Below, one piece after another: positions 9,401 through 18,432 of a stretch of 28,716 bases of DNA. Both the position numbers and the translations under genes were made by a program. Below the pieces are notes generated by a model. It ran no database searches, was not told the DNA's origin, and was given only the letters and a program-made list of their open reading frames with translations. The DNA is from a virus (taxonomy: Duplodnaviria; Caudoviricetes): IMG/VR virus record IMGVR_UViG_3300017766_003469, positions 1 to 28,716 of that record; one strand, written 5' to 3'. Positions within the stretch are counted from its first letter, which is position 1; the number at the start of each line of letters is the position of its first letter.

Positions 9401-11379
9401 AAAGAAATGGATATTACATATACTCATACGAGGATTCAAATCCACTTAATAACCCACCGTGGCAAACTCAATATGCAGAGGTGATGAAAGATCCATCGGA
9501 ATATACGGAAAGATCTTTTGTAACGAATCCAGCAAATGTTGTTGATCAATATCCTGAATTTAAGAAAATTGGTTTAACCATGAGAGATTTGGAGTCTTTA
9601 GAAGGTTACTCCGATGAAGGATTTAGAGAAACTTTTAATATATTTCAAGATGATTTAACAAATAAAAAACCACCAAATATTAAGAAAGAAGAAATATCTT
9701 CCTATGTTAGAATAGAATTTACAAATCCAATTGGTCTAGACAGAATTGCAGATTTTCCAAATGGATTTGTTAGAGATGCTGGTAGTGAATACTTTTTACC
9801 ATATCTTGTTCAAGTTACCCCAGGTCCAAGTGGTAGACAGGCAACTAGAAATAATATTGCCGTAATAGGTATGGACCCATATGGATTCGATGTTGCAATC
9901 AAGAAACTAAATGTAGATGATGATAAGGAAAATCGCTCAAGGGATTACTGGTGGGCAACCGCTGGTGATTATTTAATCAATACTGGATTATCGGAAAATG
10001 GAATGGATTTATGGCCAGAGGTTGGATTTGAGACTAGTAGACCATACTACACTACTGATGCTCGTGGTTCTTGGAATGATGGAACACAGGGTGATTACTA
10101 CGGATATAGTAGTTATGGGGATTGGTGGGATTATACCATCAATAGTAACTATTGGACACCCGGCGTTGATCCAGAATTAAAACAATCATCACATGGAAGT
10201 AATTACTTTCAAGCCTCATATAGAAGAATAAAACCACATAGATCATGGTGGTCTTTTCACTTCCCTAAAAATATTTATGTTCCTTCTAGATTTTTTGGAT
10301 TGTATAATAGTCTATATGGTCCTTGGTATGAGGGTTTCACTAATTCCGGTTCGTTTACCACATATGGTTATTGGGATTATATTTGGTGGTACGGTGGAGA
10401 TGTTGATAAATGGATAAGATTAGCAGACACTCCCGATACACGAAACTTACTAAGTCAAGCAGAATATGATGATAAAGTTATAATACCAAAATTTGAAGAT
10501 GGATTTGTAGAAACGATGAATGTATATACAGCAGACTCTGTTGAGATTTTACATCCAGAATTGAAAAAATATTTCTCACAAGCTGCACTACATTGGATGA
10601 ATTCGGACTATTCAATCTATAGACCAGGTATAATATCAGATGAACTATGGAAATATGATTTAAGCGGAGAAACTGAATATGGATTGGTGTCTCCACCAAC
10701 TATATCTCCAAATTATGATATTTTTGATAATAATTTTTCTGCTCAATTTATTGTTCATGCTAGATCTACTAGTATTTGCCAACAATTCACCTGTGCAAAT
10801 CCAAATGGATTAGTTAGTGGCAAAGAGTGTCCAGAAGACAATCCATATTGCAACTGCCCGGCACAAGAACATATACCAGAAGAAAGAGAACCAACTTATT
10901 TAGAATTATATCAATTATACAATGAGCTAAAAGAATGCGAATTAATTAAAGAATATCTTGGTGAAGATTATCTAGGATGTATATGGATTGATCCAAATAA
11001 CCCATGCAGTTGCAATTGTCCAGAAATTGGTAAAAAGTTTTCAGAATATCTTGAGTATACTAAAACTTATGCAACATATTGGGATACACCCAAAAATACC
11101 CCACTAATAAGAAATGCCTTGATTAGTCAATTTATGTCACAGCAAATAAGTATAGGAATCATACCCAATGACAACATTAAAGTTGGAGATATGATAAGAT
11201 TAGTTCATAAAAAGTTAATAACTAAGGAAGAAGATGGAGCAATAAGTGATGATAATGATTCTAAGAGATTTGATGGATTATGGATCGTCAGTGAAATAAG
11301 ACACAGATTTACAAAAGAATCATCTCAAACCATGCAACTAGTTCTAAATAGAGATACTATTCCAAGGAAACCAAATTAA
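6430..11379 (+). CDS. Giant baseplate hub protein (gp27/VgrG-N-like fold) with a large central insertion, 1649 aa
   Basis: N-terminal I.ESLF.PYMSG.L...D..NLIE..N.TG.E.I and YFFW.D..G.KFKSL..L; C-terminal I.VGD.I.L...DG.W.V.EI.H.F......L.L.RD, typical of phage hub proteins. Located between gp53 and gp25. Confidence 0.72.
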   Translation: MPSDNIPAEVNNTANPFPSFLKEVNFYKKNYPSKQSVGSGNLSTGSLVGRTSDDEGEKYILFNSILTGQGFNLTSLLSIEIKESLFTPYMSGTLELFDEYNLIETVNFTGNETIEIVFSLQNLQNDIKLRFKVISAKAITDLSTVDRINFLEPARVYQLEFISEEIFNHTFTDALLKDEKDFIGYIAVDSENNTEIKGLVNEISRQLELSPIEIEETKNGIWLKQNEISYPTGKDHGQYPFINLMQQIITYAVSKDNPNAVNYFFWKDREGWKFKSLNSLIKAGKDKVKFTQLAEITNSFLGDVFKQSDLTQTYILETDDDKNPYKVWNAIALNHLDSMKLYAQKAYSSYYKSITPDYTNPYSNFLDTTAGFTSSIVDYDYHRDFDKIEHIEEYKLISDDIETSPLVIKNTNRRTKNAPEKLTIPAFRYGEDSVYGFYDNLRYNTPFGQWIYNSADMGFGKKVEDPAVVWWDYLGRSGDSRWSNTNWQPQFDLTELDVKTLYTINKKIREPLKQKRQKFAHLKNIKRKWEVYRCAVCCLEGANAGGTADAELIKQYQGLSGATFNILFGATGIFSDMKQEYKLVAAGSFTDTLNYDSGDTGSEYGLTLSYNFNEEPYNQSIGQFFNFKEDLPNYKKYIFERGLNIYKVAIETTEKRLNNVENFIQNVDTYIGAVDNWITQHLVDCSQGNSPSSNPYGFGNVNYGERPASNSNISCGNNTDYSLFYTAYPNGGKIPNLTIPKGLCWKPTQFACPNKEYYEPIPDFIIDCSKDIVVSPIEVLNNYITEIDGTYYRYYGLYQNYYDWLYPFQVNSYYEANNPAGELKRCIEAGDCYKTVCFNPIALELQKRIAQTEVKALKVQLELLKYSQNIVTNSLIPNWEQQYSEWYNRPAFFVSKQPGVNIFTGITGGGRTGPVTQPLSLYNVKSVKRKPIRGSRYELLARSKGLTGSQVGEWVYNIFFGNDPSVSSTIKHPYYDQGYSEKNGKGSFVTQRNGYYIYSYEDSNPLNNPPWQTQYAEVMKDPSEYTERSFVTNPANVVDQYPEFKKIGLTMRDLESLEGYSDEGFRETFNIFQDDLTNKKPPNIKKEEISSYVRIEFTNPIGLDRIADFPNGFVRDAGSEYFLPYLVQVTPGPSGRQATRNNIAVIGMDPYGFDVAIKKLNVDDDKENRSRDYWWATAGDYLINTGLSENGMDLWPEVGFETSRPYYTTDARGSWNDGTQGDYYGYSSYGDWWDYTINSNYWTPGVDPELKQSSHGSNYFQASYRRIKPHRSWWSFHFPKNIYVPSRFFGLYNSLYGPWYEGFTNSGSFTTYGYWDYIWWYGGDVDKWIRLADTPDTRNLLSQAEYDDKVIIPKFEDGFVETMNVYTADSVEILHPELKKYFSQAALHWMNSDYSIYRPGIISDELWKYDLSGETEYGLVSPPTISPNYDIFDNNFSAQFIVHARSTSICQQFTCANPNGLVSGKECPEDNPYCNCPAQEHIPEEREPTYLELYQLYNELKECELIKEYLGEDYLGCIWIDPNNPCSCNCPEIGKKFSEYLEYTKTYATYWDTPKNTPLIRNALISQFMSQQISIGIIPNDNIKVGDMIRLVHKKLITKEEDGAISDDNDSKRFDGLWIVSEIRHRFTKESSQTMQLVLNRDTIPRKPN

Positions 11380-11781
11380 ATGAACGATACTAATATAGTA
11401 ATCAAAAATGTTTTTTCAGATTTACCAATGTTTTTGACTAAAAATTCATTTACTTCAGATTTAAATCTGACTAAAGATATGTCAGCAATTAGAAATTCTA
11501 TTAAAAATATTGTTATGACTAATATAGGTGAAAGGGCTTTTGATTATGAATTTGGTGGAAATATCTATGCTTTGTTATTTGAACATGTTCAAGACAAATT
11601 TTTAATGTCTGGAGTTAAAATAAGATTGGCAAATATTATTAGTAAATACGATAATAGAGTTGCTGTTGATAAAATATTGTTTGAAACTGGTAGAAATGAT
11701 ATAGATATTATAATAGAATATTCAATTTTAACATTGAACACTAAAGATAAAATAGTAATAAAACTTGAAAGGTCGCGTTGA
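11380..11781 (+). CDS. gp25: Baseplate wedge subunit gp25 (GPW/gp25 family)
   Basis: FSDL, D..AI..SI.NIV.T..GER.F...FG..I...LFE and YDNRV motifs; precedes gp6. Confidence 0.92.
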   Translation: MNDTNIVIKNVFSDLPMFLTKNSFTSDLNLTKDMSAIRNSIKNIVMTNIGERAFDYEFGGNIYALLFEHVQDKFLMSGVKIRLANIISKYDNRVAVDKILFETGRNDIDIIIEYSILTLNTKDKIVIKLERSR

Positions 11782-13520
11782 TGGCAGCAAATCAGAACCA
11801 ACCACCAACTTTAGGAAGTTTAGATTTTCTTGAAATAAAGAATAGTTTAATAAACTATTTAAAAACACAAAATATTATTAAAGACTATAATTATGAAGGT
11901 TCTGTAATTAGAACTTTAATTGATCTATTGGCATATAACACATTTTATTACGCATATTATACTAATATGGTTGCAAGTGAAATGTTTTTAGATTCTGCAC
12001 AAAAGATAGAATCAATTATATCATTAGTAAAACCACTAGGATATACAGTAACTGGTAAAAAATCAGCAAGAGCAACAATATATTTAAGCGGTCTACTGAA
12101 TGTACCAAACAATATAATTCCAAAACATTCTATATTTTATGGTGTTAACAATGATGGATTGAGTTACACATTTAGAAGTCTAAAAGATGTAGATATTGTC
12201 GATAGTCAATGTGAAATTGAAATTGTTGAAAGTAAAGAATTTGTCTACGACACAAATGCCATACAATCAATAGATATTAATACACAAAAATATTTTATAT
12301 CAAATAGGGATATAGATTTATCAACTCTTACTGTTGAAGTAAAATTAAATGGTGAATCTGATTTTACTACATGGAGATTATCTGGGAATATAGGTGCTCC
12401 AAGTGACATTGATCAAAAAATATATTTTGTTGAAAGAACAATAAATGGTTATGTTATCCAATTTGGTGTTCAAAATGCATTAGGAATCTCTTTAACCTCA
12501 AATGATTTAGTGAAAATAACATATGCAGTATCATCTGGATTAGATGGTAATGATATTTTTGTTTTTAGATCTTCCGTTCTATTTGGAACTGGTAATTTTA
12601 ATTTATCTATTAATGAAGTATCATCTGGTGGACTAGATGAACCAGATATCAATACAGTTAAATTTTTAGCTCCTAAATGGTTTTCTGCACAAGATAGAGC
12701 TGTAACTAAAAATGATTATGTTTCTCTTATAATGGAAGCAGGATATGCAAATGATAATCAAAATTTTGCCGTTTATGGTGGTGAGGAAATATATCCACCA
12801 AAATATGGAAGAGTTTTTATTTCTATAAATGAAACTAATCAAACGGTTATAGACAATTTAATAAATTATCTAAAAACTAAATCTGTAATCACGGTATTTC
12901 CAGAATATGTAAAACCAATACAGGTAGATGTAAATATGAGATATGCTTTTAGATATGATAATCCAAATGCCTCTGCATCAGAGAGACAACAAATACTAAA
13001 TCAAGTAAAAGCATATGTTCAAAGTAACTATTTACTAGTAAACAAATTTAATATTAATGTTAAAGCATCAACGATAGCTAATGATGTTAATGAAAAGTTT
13101 TTAGAGTCTAAAATATTTTTAAATGAAGACGATTTTACCTTTTTTAGTAAAAAAACTATATTACCAAGTGATGGAGAGATAACTTTAAATTTACAAAATG
13201 AAATAGATGTAAATATTGTTGATGAAATTCCATTAACAACTGCATTTACAGACAATCAAAATAGAACAATAATTCTATATTTAAGAACTAATTATACAAC
13301 CGATAGATCTAGATTTGTTGATATAGTTGCAAAGGATAGTTTTTCAAATGCTGATATTACTGGATATTTTGGTAAAGTACAGATAAGAACCGGGGTTATT
13401 TTAATACCATCTATTGCCAAAACTGCATACACATTAACTGTACCATTTTCTAAAAAATATTTTACTAGTACAAACAACAATCTAATTAGTTTATATCAAA
13501 CCGGAGTTGAAATAATTTGA
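11781..13520 (+). CDS. gp6: Baseplate wedge subunit gp6
   Basis: LDF.EIK.SL..YL, DYNYEGS....LIDLLAYNT.Y.AYY.NM...EMFLDSA, APKWFSAQDRAVT..DY, GGEE..PP.YG.VFIS motifs. ATG at 11781 (TGATG overlap). Confidence 0.95.
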   Translation: MAANQNQPPTLGSLDFLEIKNSLINYLKTQNIIKDYNYEGSVIRTLIDLLAYNTFYYAYYTNMVASEMFLDSAQKIESIISLVKPLGYTVTGKKSARATIYLSGLLNVPNNIIPKHSIFYGVNNDGLSYTFRSLKDVDIVDSQCEIEIVESKEFVYDTNAIQSIDINTQKYFISNRDIDLSTLTVEVKLNGESDFTTWRLSGNIGAPSDIDQKIYFVERTINGYVIQFGVQNALGISLTSNDLVKITYAVSSGLDGNDIFVFRSSVLFGTGNFNLSINEVSSGGLDEPDINTVKFLAPKWFSAQDRAVTKNDYVSLIMEAGYANDNQNFAVYGGEEIYPPKYGRVFISINETNQTVIDNLINYLKTKSVITVFPEYVKPIQVDVNMRYAFRYDNPNASASERQQILNQVKAYVQSNYLLVNKFNINVKASTIANDVNEKFLESKIFLNEDDFTFFSKKTILPSDGEITLNLQNEIDVNIVDEIPLTTAFTDNQNRTIILYLRTNYTTDRSRFVDIVAKDSFSNADITGYFGKVQIRTGVILIPSIAKTAYTLTVPFSKKYFTSTNNNLISLYQTGVEII

Positions 13521-14704
13521 TAATACCATTCAATAAATCTCCAAAAGGTGTAAATCATCAAATTGAAGAATTTTTTGATTTATTGCAACAATATACGGAT
13601 GAACTCCCATCTGGATCAAATGTAAATCCAGAATTAAGAATTTTGTTACCCGGTGGATTGGAAGAAACTTTAAATGGATTTGCGCCATTATCTGGTTGTG
13701 GTAAAGTTTTTGATATTTCACGATATATTCCATTATGGGTTGTTTATGAAAAAACAGACGACCCAACAAAAACAAACGCAGTAAGTGTTTTTGATTTTGT
13801 CCAAAAATACTATGATTGGTTATATTGTGATAATACGGACGGCGCTCAGTACATGCTGTCTGAAAATTTATTAGATTTAATAGATATAGAAAAAACAAGA
13901 TCTGAATTTTTTAATAGATATATTTTTACTTTAGTTGATGGATTAGATGAAAATATCTTAATTGACAATGGCGGTATTGTAACTTCAGATTCCTTTATAA
14001 AATTTATAAAAGGAATTAGAAAACAATTTTATCACAGAAAAACAACTATAGATGGATTAAAATATTTCTTTAAAACTCTATTTGCTGTTAGTGAAGATGA
14101 AATCTATGTCTATGAACCCAAAGAAAATTTACTAAGATTAAATGGTGGAAGATTTGTAAATAATAAATTTTCATTTGTTGGATCTACTGGAGATTATTCT
14201 AGTGTAAATAGTCTTGCTGGATCTTATTTAAATAATGCAAGATTTCATGACAATGACTGGATACAAGAATACTCATATCTCTTATCAGTTGGTATTACTT
14301 CTGGATCGTATATTCCAGATTATTTAAATGCCGCACATCCAATAGGTATTAAGGTTGTATTTGAGCGTAAAATAACTGATTATATTGCACCATCAGATGA
14401 TGTAGTAACTGATAATGTTTGCGAAGTTCCTGTTCTTAAGAACTATGCAGCATATAGTATAAATACATCATATACATCTCAAATTGCAACAGCACCAGAT
14501 GGTTCGGCTCTTTTTGGATTAACTGCGTGTATTGGGTGTACAGGGTATACTGGATTTACTGGTCCTACTTATTATTTCCCAAATTGGATAGACACAATAA
14601 CTCAAACAAAATTTAATGATATAAATATTTTTGATTTCTTTAATTTATGTTTAGAGAATGGCGTAACAAGTCCAAATGAACCGTTAACTTGCACAGGTTG
14701 TTAA
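13517..14704 (+). CDS. gp7: Baseplate wedge initiator, gp7-like (compact, 395 aa)
   Basis: F.QKYYDWL, DID/E.T...F, FIK.I..QFY.RK.T..G..YFF..LF and HDNDWIQEYSY...HPIG.K motifs resemble both ends of gp7; lies between gp6 and gp8. TTG start with GGAG SD at 13503-13506. Confidence 0.7.
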   Translation: MIIPFNKSPKGVNHQIEEFFDLLQQYTDELPSGSNVNPELRILLPGGLEETLNGFAPLSGCGKVFDISRYIPLWVVYEKTDDPTKTNAVSVFDFVQKYYDWLYCDNTDGAQYMLSENLLDLIDIEKTRSEFFNRYIFTLVDGLDENILIDNGGIVTSDSFIKFIKGIRKQFYHRKTTIDGLKYFFKTLFAVSEDEIYVYEPKENLLRLNGGRFVNNKFSFVGSTGDYSSVNSLAGSYLNNARFHDNDWIQEYSYLLSVGITSGSYIPDYLNAAHPIGIKVVFERKITDYIAPSDDVVTDNVCEVPVLKNYAAYSINTSYTSQIATAPDGSALFGLTACIGCTGYTGFTGPTYYFPNWIDTITQTKFNDINIFDFFNLCLENGVTSPNEPLTCTGC

Positions 14705-14705
14705 T

Positions 14706-16454
14706 ATGTCAATAAAATCAGATAAAATACAATCTTATTTGTCAGAAATAGGTAGTAAAAAACAAAGATACTTGCTATTAGGTACTAGTACAACAATTAC
14801 AGGATCTGATAATAGCAATATGTCATCTATTAATTTATGGAAAGATTCACAAGTTACTTATAGAATAGGAAAAAATGATGTTGTTGGTGTTGTACCGAAT
14901 GTAACTTGGAGACAAAGTTTGGTATTCACTCCATGGTCATCCTCTTCTATAAACACAGGTTCATTCTATGCGTATAATAAAACAAATGGAATTGTGTATT
15001 TGTGTTTATCTGATAATCTCAAAAATAGAATAGATTTGAGGGGATTGAATGCATCTAGTATAATACCAAGTCATAGCGCCGGTATTGTAAGATACAGCGA
15101 TGGATATGAGTGGTTGGCTTTATATAAAATTACACCCTCTCTTAGTAGATTTGTTACAAATACTTGGATACCTGTAATATCGTTAAATGATTTTCAATTT
15201 GATACATCTATAACAAAATATTCTGAATTATTATCTTTCTGCAATGGAACAACTGGTTCATGTGGTAATTGTGGAATTTATTTTAAAAATAATAACGAAA
15301 TACCTGCAACATCTACAACATATACGACATATTTAGCTGGTGACTTATATTCAACAATTTCAAATACAACATGTGGTGAGTGTTTTCACATGTTTGAAAA
15401 TGATGATAATTTTATTTCTATTTTTTATGGAAGTGAAACACCAGAAGATTCGATATCTGTAAAAGATAAATTAGATGAAATAGGGGAATATGTTGTTAAT
15501 AACGAATTACCATCAAGTTCACCCTATTATCAATTATACAATATGGCAATAAATAGTCCAGATGATGGTGCATTGTTATCTTGTTTTATAGATTTATCAT
15601 CTTTTACAGAAACAAATTTAATAGTAACACAATCAAATCCAGAAATAACAATATTAACTGCATCAGGATCGGGTGCTGTTCTTCGTTTCACAACTTACAT
15701 AAATTCCAGTGGAAATTATGTTGTTGATGGAATAGAAATAGTCAGTCGCGGAACTAATTATTATGACGCGGAGTTATCAATATCCTCTTCTATTTTTCCA
15801 AATGTAGATGTTGATCTTATATTGGCAGCAATTGATATTAATTTTGATAAAATAGATAGCATTGGTATTGATCCAATATCAACACTAGAATGTAAGACAA
15901 TTTCAACTGATGTAAAAATTTCTGTAGACCAATTAAGAGATAATAATTTAACTATACCGGCGCAAATTGATTTTTACGGTTTTGTTGAAAATCCTCTAAT
16001 AAAAACAGCAGATGATGAAATAGTTTTTGCTGGTAAAAATATAAATAAATATCAATCATCGCTTCAGAGTAACAATACCAAAATTAAAATAACAAAAGTA
16101 GGTGGAAGTTCCCCGTCTATAGGTGATGATATTATATTAACTAATACCACAAGTTCTAATGTAATGTCAAATCTAAATGTAGTTAATACATCAAATGAAA
16201 CAATAAGTGATATTATTCTAGAAGTAAATGGAGTTGATACTTCCGTATTGTCCAATTTTTCTTTGAACGGTAATTATATTACGATAGAAGATGATACTAA
16301 TACATACGAAGTCACTGAGTATACTTCTGTTCCATCTATAGTCCAATACAGTGGAAATATATCTTTAACAAAAACAATACAACCACAGATATTAACCTCC
16401 GAGAGTGGTGAAGTATCAAAAATAATCAGAATTAATAGAATTGAGGCAGTCTAA
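14706..16454 (+). CDS. gp8: Baseplate wedge subunit gp8-like
   Basis: VVP...W, FY.YN..N..VYLCL.DN, P.H......SDGY.W..LY and I...G..Y..A motifs; synteny after gp6-gp7. Confidence 0.8.
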   Translation: MSIKSDKIQSYLSEIGSKKQRYLLLGTSTTITGSDNSNMSSINLWKDSQVTYRIGKNDVVGVVPNVTWRQSLVFTPWSSSSINTGSFYAYNKTNGIVYLCLSDNLKNRIDLRGLNASSIIPSHSAGIVRYSDGYEWLALYKITPSLSRFVTNTWIPVISLNDFQFDTSITKYSELLSFCNGTTGSCGNCGIYFKNNNEIPATSTTYTTYLAGDLYSTISNTTCGECFHMFENDDNFISIFYGSETPEDSISVKDKLDEIGEYVVNNELPSSSPYYQLYNMAINSPDDGALLSCFIDLSSFTETNLIVTQSNPEITILTASGSGAVLRFTTYINSSGNYVVDGIEIVSRGTNYYDAELSISSSIFPNVDVDLILAAIDINFDKIDSIGIDPISTLECKTISTDVKISVDQLRDNNLTIPAQIDFYGFVENPLIKTADDEIVFAGKNINKYQSSLQSNNTKIKITKVGGSSPSIGDDIILTNTTSSNVMSNLNVVNTSNETISDIILEVNGVDTSVLSNFSLNGNYITIEDDTNTYEVTEYTSVPSIVQYSGNISLTKTIQPQILTSESGEVSKIIRINRIEAV

Positions 16455-17215
16455 TGGCAGGAGTAACCCCATTTACTAGTGGAAATACACCTTTACAAAA
16501 TGCACCATATTTTAGTAGAATTGCAAACACGAATTTAATAGATGATTCAACTAATGTAAACTATCCAATGTTAGCTTTTAAACCAGGCTATGCTTTGCAG
16601 GCTTCTGAATTAAATGAAATACAAGATACATTTTATATTCAAAAAACTTTATCAGATAACCTATTACAAAATTGGTGGAAAACTGGAACTAATTTATCAT
16701 TAACAGGAACGGCAACCTCTGCATTATATGGTCCGGGATGGGAAGGTGCAATACCACTTAGTCCATCTAATTTTGTATTTAATGATCTTTCTGTATTGTT
16801 TTATTTTACTGGCGTTGTATCGAGACAGTGGTTTTTAGTAACTGATCCAAACACAAAATTTAAATTTTGGTGCGTTTTTGATACATCTACACTTTCTACT
16901 ATTCAATTTTTTAGACAATCAATACCATCAATTTCATATCTAGGATTAAAAATACAAAGTTCTTTTGTAAATTGTTCATCTGATGAAAGTCAGCCTGGAT
17001 ATATTTTTAATGATAATTCATCTGGAAGTTATATTCAAAATACATGTGGAGCTAGTAGATTTAAGATACAATTATCTCAATTTGTCTCTCAAACATCATT
17101 AACTTCCGACTTTTTACCAATTATGAAAATAAGAAAAAACGCAGATCTAGAATCTCAAGGTCTATATTTAGTTCAATACATGAATAATTATTTGATTCAC
17201 AAATCAGCAATTTAA
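16454..17215 (+). CDS. Short virion protein resembling the DUF4815 N-terminal region, paralog 1
   Basis: PY...F.PG.ALQA.ELNEIQ and F.DNS.G......GA.R.K motifs, as in the large DUF4815-type protein that follows gp8 in T4-like phages. Confidence 0.65.
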   Translation: MAGVTPFTSGNTPLQNAPYFSRIANTNLIDDSTNVNYPMLAFKPGYALQASELNEIQDTFYIQKTLSDNLLQNWWKTGTNLSLTGTATSALYGPGWEGAIPLSPSNFVFNDLSVLFYFTGVVSRQWFLVTDPNTKFKFWCVFDTSTLSTIQFFRQSIPSISYLGLKIQSSFVNCSSDESQPGYIFNDNSSGSYIQNTCGASRFKIQLSQFVSQTSLTSDFLPIMKIRKNADLESQGLYLVQYMNNYLIHKSAI

Positions 17216-18432
17216 TGTCAATTTTATTCAGAACCAATTCCTCTGTAGATTGTAATATCTTAACTTCATATGATAAGTTAAAGCACGATTTATATACTTG
17301 GAATTATCAAGATTGGCCTACGGGAGAACCTATTTTTGGAACTATATCTCAACCGGGTCAATGGGGTGGATTATATCCAAATGGATACAATCAATCCTGT
17401 TATAGTAGAGATTTATCAATAGTCCCAGATCTCAGTGGTAAGAGTACAAGAGCGAGAAGATTCGGAGGTAGCGTAAGTGGTTGGTATACTAATTTTGGAA
17501 GACCAGCGTGCTTTCCGGTATCAAATCCATCATCCGCAACACTGATCCAACAAGAATTAGCAAAAAATATTGGAAATTGGAATTACGGTGAACCAACAGG
17601 TATATTAATTTCCCCAATGCATGTTTTAATTTGTGGTCATTTTGTTGGAAATGCCAATACAATATCATTTAACTTTTTACTTAAAAATAATCAACAAATA
17701 ACAAGAGTTGGGCAAAGAGTAACCGGAAATAATGCTGGTAATTTATTAAATGGTGATATTAGAATATACAGATTAAATCAAAATGAAAAATTAGATTCAT
17801 TTGTTAATCAAAATTTAATAACTATTTACGATAAATTTTTAGATAATGAAAGCCCATCAGTTTTAAATTTTTTAAATACTTTTCATTTTTTAAATCCACT
17901 GTCCCCAAGTTATACAAATATTTTATCATGGATGGTTGATGGTGCAGATAGAGTTGTTAGGGGATGTTTAAACTTTTTTAATATATCTGGAACACCTGAA
18001 CAAACTACAAGAATCTTATTTGAAGTTAGACCTGATTCTTTATTTTTATATTTACCAAATGATACATCCCAACCATCATCAACTTCTATTTTTAGTGGAG
18101 ATAGCGGTAGTCCGAAATTTGTATATGATATAAACACTAATAAAACTATTTGTGTTGGTTTAAATTTAGGTGGTGAACTAGAAGTAATAGAAAATCAACA
18201 ACCAAATTTAAATAACTTTACTTTAATAAATCAAGAACTGAATACATTTGGATATTCTATAAGTAAATTAAATATTAATAATGTCAGACTAGCAACTTTA
18301 GGGGATGCTATTCCCTCTTTACCGAATAACAATCAATCAAATTACATACCATATACTAATACATTTGATAATATAATCAGAACACCACTATATAAATATC
18401 CCTATAGTAGCAGGATTTACACAGATGCTTAA
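17215..18432 (+). CDS. Trypsin/chymotrypsin-like (clan PA) serine protease, probably virion-associated
   Basis: Catalytic motifs in the right order: GILISPMHVLICGH (H142), GDIRIYRL (D181), GDSGSP (S297), followed by CVGL. Confidence 0.8.
   Translation: MSILFRTNSSVDCNILTSYDKLKHDLYTWNYQDWPTGEPIFGTISQPGQWGGLYPNGYNQSCYSRDLSIVPDLSGKSTRARRFGGSVSGWYTNFGRPACFPVSNPSSATLIQQELAKNIGNWNYGEPTGILISPMHVLICGHFVGNANTISFNFLLKNNQQITRVGQRVTGNNAGNLLNGDIRIYRLNQNEKLDSFVNQNLITIYDKFLDNESPSVLNFLNTFHFLNPLSPSYTNILSWMVDGADRVVRGCLNFFNISGTPEQTTRILFEVRPDSLFLYLPNDTSQPSSTSIFSGDSGSPKFVYDINTNKTICVGLNLGGELEVIENQQPNLNNFTLINQELNTFGYSISKLNINNVRLATLGDAIPSLPNNNQSNYIPYTNTFDNIIRTPLYKYPYSSRIYTDA

Noticed and set aside
7660-11110. Intein as explanation of the hub insertion
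   Set aside because: No terminal HN-[CST] motif and no LAGLIDADG blocks seen.
18391-18398. TATAAATA late promoter upstream of 18425
   Set aside because: Encodes YKY within the homologous peptide, and the octamer occurs several times inside genes in this AT-rich sequence.
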